The notes below the pieces were generated by a model. It saw nothing but the letters and a program-made list of their open reading frames with translations. It was not told the origin of the DNA and did not search any database. From Thermodesulfobacteriota bacterium (GTDB taxonomy: Bacteria > Desulfobacterota_D > UBA1144 > Nemesobacterales > JAJCZQ01), in NCBI GenBank assembly GCA_965203965.1, contig CBDBDR010000017.1, positions 768,001-832,000 on the forward strand: 64,000 bases of DNA, in the 5' to 3' direction. Below are positions 61,800 through 64,000 of the stretch, in pieces. Position 1 is the stretch's first letter; every line of letters starts with the position of its first letter. The position numbers and the translations under genes are program-made.

Positions 61800-62692
61800 A
61801 CAATTTGTTGGAACAGGTAGAAAAATACAGTTGTGAAATTCAAAAAGAGTTTCCAATGAAGAAATACGTTACTCTGAAAGTTGGAGGCAGGGCTGAAGTT
61901 GTTGTTTACCCGGACAGTGTGGAAAATCTCATAAATATTCTAAACGCCGCTAATCTATCAGGTGTTAAAACCACCGTACTGGGCGCCGGTTCAAATACCA
62001 TAGTTAAAGACGACGGCATCAGGAATTTGGTAATAAGTACAAAAAGATTAAAAAATTTCACTATCAACAATGACAATTCCGTTCTGGCAGAATGCGGGGC
62101 AATGTTATCAGCTATTATGAATAAAACCCTTAACTTGGGACTTGAAGGTTTTGAATTCGCAGCAGGGATACCGGGAACAATTGGCGGGGGAGTTTATATG
62201 AACGCCGGGGCAAACAGCGGAGAGATAAAAGATATTATTGATAAAGTATGGATATGGAACAAAGGGAAAGAACTTGAGGTTAAAAGGGAAGAAATAGCCT
62301 TTGAATACAGGAAATCTGATTTTCCAAAGGGATGTGTAATTACAAGAGCACTGTTCAAATTGAAAAAAGGAAATAGAGAAAAAAACATGCAGAAGGTCAA
62401 AGAGTATCTTAACCGTAGAAACCATACGCAGCCCGTCAACATTGCAAACACTGGGTCAATATTCAAAAACCCAAAGATTATTACTGCCGGAAAGCTACTG
62501 GAAGAACTCGGACTTAAAGGTTACCGGATCGGAGGAGCAAAATTTTCGGAACTTCATGCGAATTTTATTGTTAATTCGGACAAGGCAGATGCAAGTGATG
62601 TCATTAATTTAATTCAATATGCAAAAGAGAAAGCCATTGAGAAAGAAGGTATTTTACTAGAAACGGAAGTAGAAATTTTAGGGGATTTATAG
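61796..62692 (+). CDS. murB: UDP-N-acetylenolpyruvoylglucosamine reductase MurB
   Basis: LKVGG, LGAGSN, GIPGTIGG.VYMNAGA, GSIFKNP and HANFIVN. Confidence 0.95.
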   Translation: MNNLLEQVEKYSCEIQKEFPMKKYVTLKVGGRAEVVVYPDSVENLINILNAANLSGVKTTVLGAGSNTIVKDDGIRNLVISTKRLKNFTINNDNSVLAECGAMLSAIMNKTLNLGLEGFEFAAGIPGTIGGGVYMNAGANSGEIKDIIDKVWIWNKGKELEVKREEIAFEYRKSDFPKGCVITRALFKLKKGNREKNMQKVKEYLNRRNHTQPVNIANTGSIFKNPKIITAGKLLEELGLKGYRIGGAKFSELHANFIVNSDKADASDVINLIQYAKEKAIEKEGILLETEVEILGDL

Positions 62693-62695
62693 AGA

Positions 62696-63403
62696 ATGAA
62701 AAGCAAAAAGATCATAAAAATATTCATATTGGTCAGCACGGCAACCTCATTGATATTTTTCTGTGTAAAAGCACTTAATTCCAGTTATTTTAAGGTTGAG
62801 GAGGTAATTATAAACGGGAACAATCGAGTTTCTGAAAATGAAATATTAAAACGTTCAGGGATTATAGAAGGAACAAGCACAATACTATTCTATGAAGATG
62901 CTGCCAGAAAAGAGATATTAAAAAGCCCTTGGATAAAGAGTGTCAATATTCTCAGGGAATACCCAGAAAAAGTTGTAATTGAAGTTGAAGAAATTGAGCC
63001 GTTTTGCATTTTTACATCCGAGCAAGGCAAATACCTTTATATGAGCAGCGACGGAAACATGCTCGGACCAGTTAGCAGCACCGAAGGTATGGATTTTCCC
63101 GTTATCAATTCGGAGGGAAGTTATAACAGTGCACTACTACTTGTTTCTACTGAACTTTTGAAGCTATCCAAACATAGTAATGTACTAAACTGGGGAGAAA
63201 TATCAGAGATTATAGTTTCAAACAAATTAGGTATAAGGCTAATCACAAACGACCGGAGATATATAGATTTTGGCACGGGAAGTCTTGTAATTAAATGGCA
63301 CAGAATGGAAAGAATTATAAGTAAGACAAGAAGCATAAATCTCAAGGAGAGATACATAAATATAAATTCCAAAAAATTAGCAGTCGTTGATTTTCAAATT
63401 TGA
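62696..63403 (+). CDS. ftsQ: Cell division protein FtsQ/DivIB
   Basis: TM anchor and POTRA domain (FKVEEVIINGN...SPWIKSVNILREYP..VVIEVEE); lies before ftsA. Confidence 0.85.
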   Translation: MKSKKIIKIFILVSTATSLIFFCVKALNSSYFKVEEVIINGNNRVSENEILKRSGIIEGTSTILFYEDAARKEILKSPWIKSVNILREYPEKVVIEVEEIEPFCIFTSEQGKYLYMSSDGNMLGPVSSTEGMDFPVINSEGSYNSALLLVSTELLKLSKHSNVLNWGEISEIIVSNKLGIRLITNDRRYIDFGTGSLVIKWHRMERIISKTRSINLKERYININSKKLAVVDFQI

Positions 63404-63405
63404 AC

Positions 63406-64000
63406 ATGGAACGGGAAAAAAATAGAGATATAATCGTCGGTTTGGATCTTGGTACTACAAAGATATGCGCCATCGTTGGTGAAATTACCAATGGTGAATT
63501 AAATATCATTGGAGTAGGTTCTCACCCTTCTTCTGGTTTGAGAAGGGGTGTGGTTGTCAATATTGATAAGACGGTGCAATCAATAAAAATTGCCACTAAG
63601 GAAGCAGAAAAAATGTCCGGCTGTGAAATCCAAAGCGTTAATGTTGGTATTGCCGGGGGGCATATTAAAGGGATTACTGGACAAGGAATGATAATATTGC
63701 GAGACGGAGAGGTCACAAGCCGCGATGTGGACAGGGTGATAGAAACCGCCGTCGCCATCACAATGCCAACAGACCGGGAGATTATTCACAAAATACCGCG
63801 GGAATACGTTGTGGATGGAGAAAGAGGAATAAAAGAGCCAATAGGTATGTGCGGGATCAAACTGGAGACTATCGTCCACATAGTGGCAGGACAGGTCACC
63901 GCGGCACAGAACCTTGTAAAATGTATACACCTAGCTGGTATGGACGTATCTAGCATCATTTTGGAGCAAATTGCATCCAGCACAGCCGTACTGACGGAGG
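63406..64000 (+). CDS. ftsA: Cell division protein FtsA, 5' part (runs off window end)
   Basis: Manual translation: MEREKNRDIIVGLDLGTTKICAIVGE...GLRRGVVVNIDKTVQSI...EPIGMCGIKLE. Confidence 0.95.
   Translation, partial: MEREKNRDIIVGLDLGTTKICAIVGEITNGELNIIGVGSHPSSGLRRGVVVNIDKTVQSIKIATKEAEKMSGCEIQSVNVGIAGGHIKGITGQGMIILRDGEVTSRDVDRVIETAVAITMPTDREIIHKIPREYVVDGERGIKEPIGMCGIKLETIVHIVAGQVTAAQNLVKCIHLAGMDVSSIILEQIASSTAVLTE

Overview
An AT-rich bacterial chromosomal segment made up mostly of housekeeping genes. Gene content and order suggest a diderm related to the former Deltaproteobacteria/Desulfobacterota, possibly Ca. Dadabacteria; this is inference only. From left to right: the 5' part of thrS with tRNA-Val(GAC); type IV pilus motor genes pilB-pilT-pilC; glyQS; a nitroreductase; gyrB; dcd. 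Next is a Fur-family-regulated metal (probably Zn) uptake operon: regulator, ZIP, a His-rich outer-membrane barrel and a cluster A-I ABC transporter, under a perfect sigma70 promoter overlapped by a palindromic operator. It is followed by an ABC-ATPase remnant, an LCM-type methyltransferase and cysteine-poor rpmG-rpmB. Then come an AEC transporter, fabH, small hypothetical genes and a signal-less BtuF-like protein; an apparently acquired beta-propeller lipoprotein beside decayed RAYT and IS91-type transposase fragments; tsaC-DUF1015; glcD-glcE-DUF3891-glcF; hup; an RND pair; two cysteine desulfurases (one coupled to a DUF6573-like gene); cofE; a UbiA/DPPR-synthase-like gene; a GDPD; and a DUF4911-murJ-TPR-aroQ-recJ-trkA operon. 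The window ends in the dcw cluster (mraZ to partial ftsA, with no ddl). No CRISPR array, rRNA or intact mobile element was seen. The best candidates for under-described biology are the plug-less His-rich outer-membrane metal-uptake module with adjacent Zn-free ribosomal proteins, the DUF6573-like/atypical desulfurase pair, DUF3891 inside glcDEF, and cofE. All family assignments come from motif recognition, not database searches.
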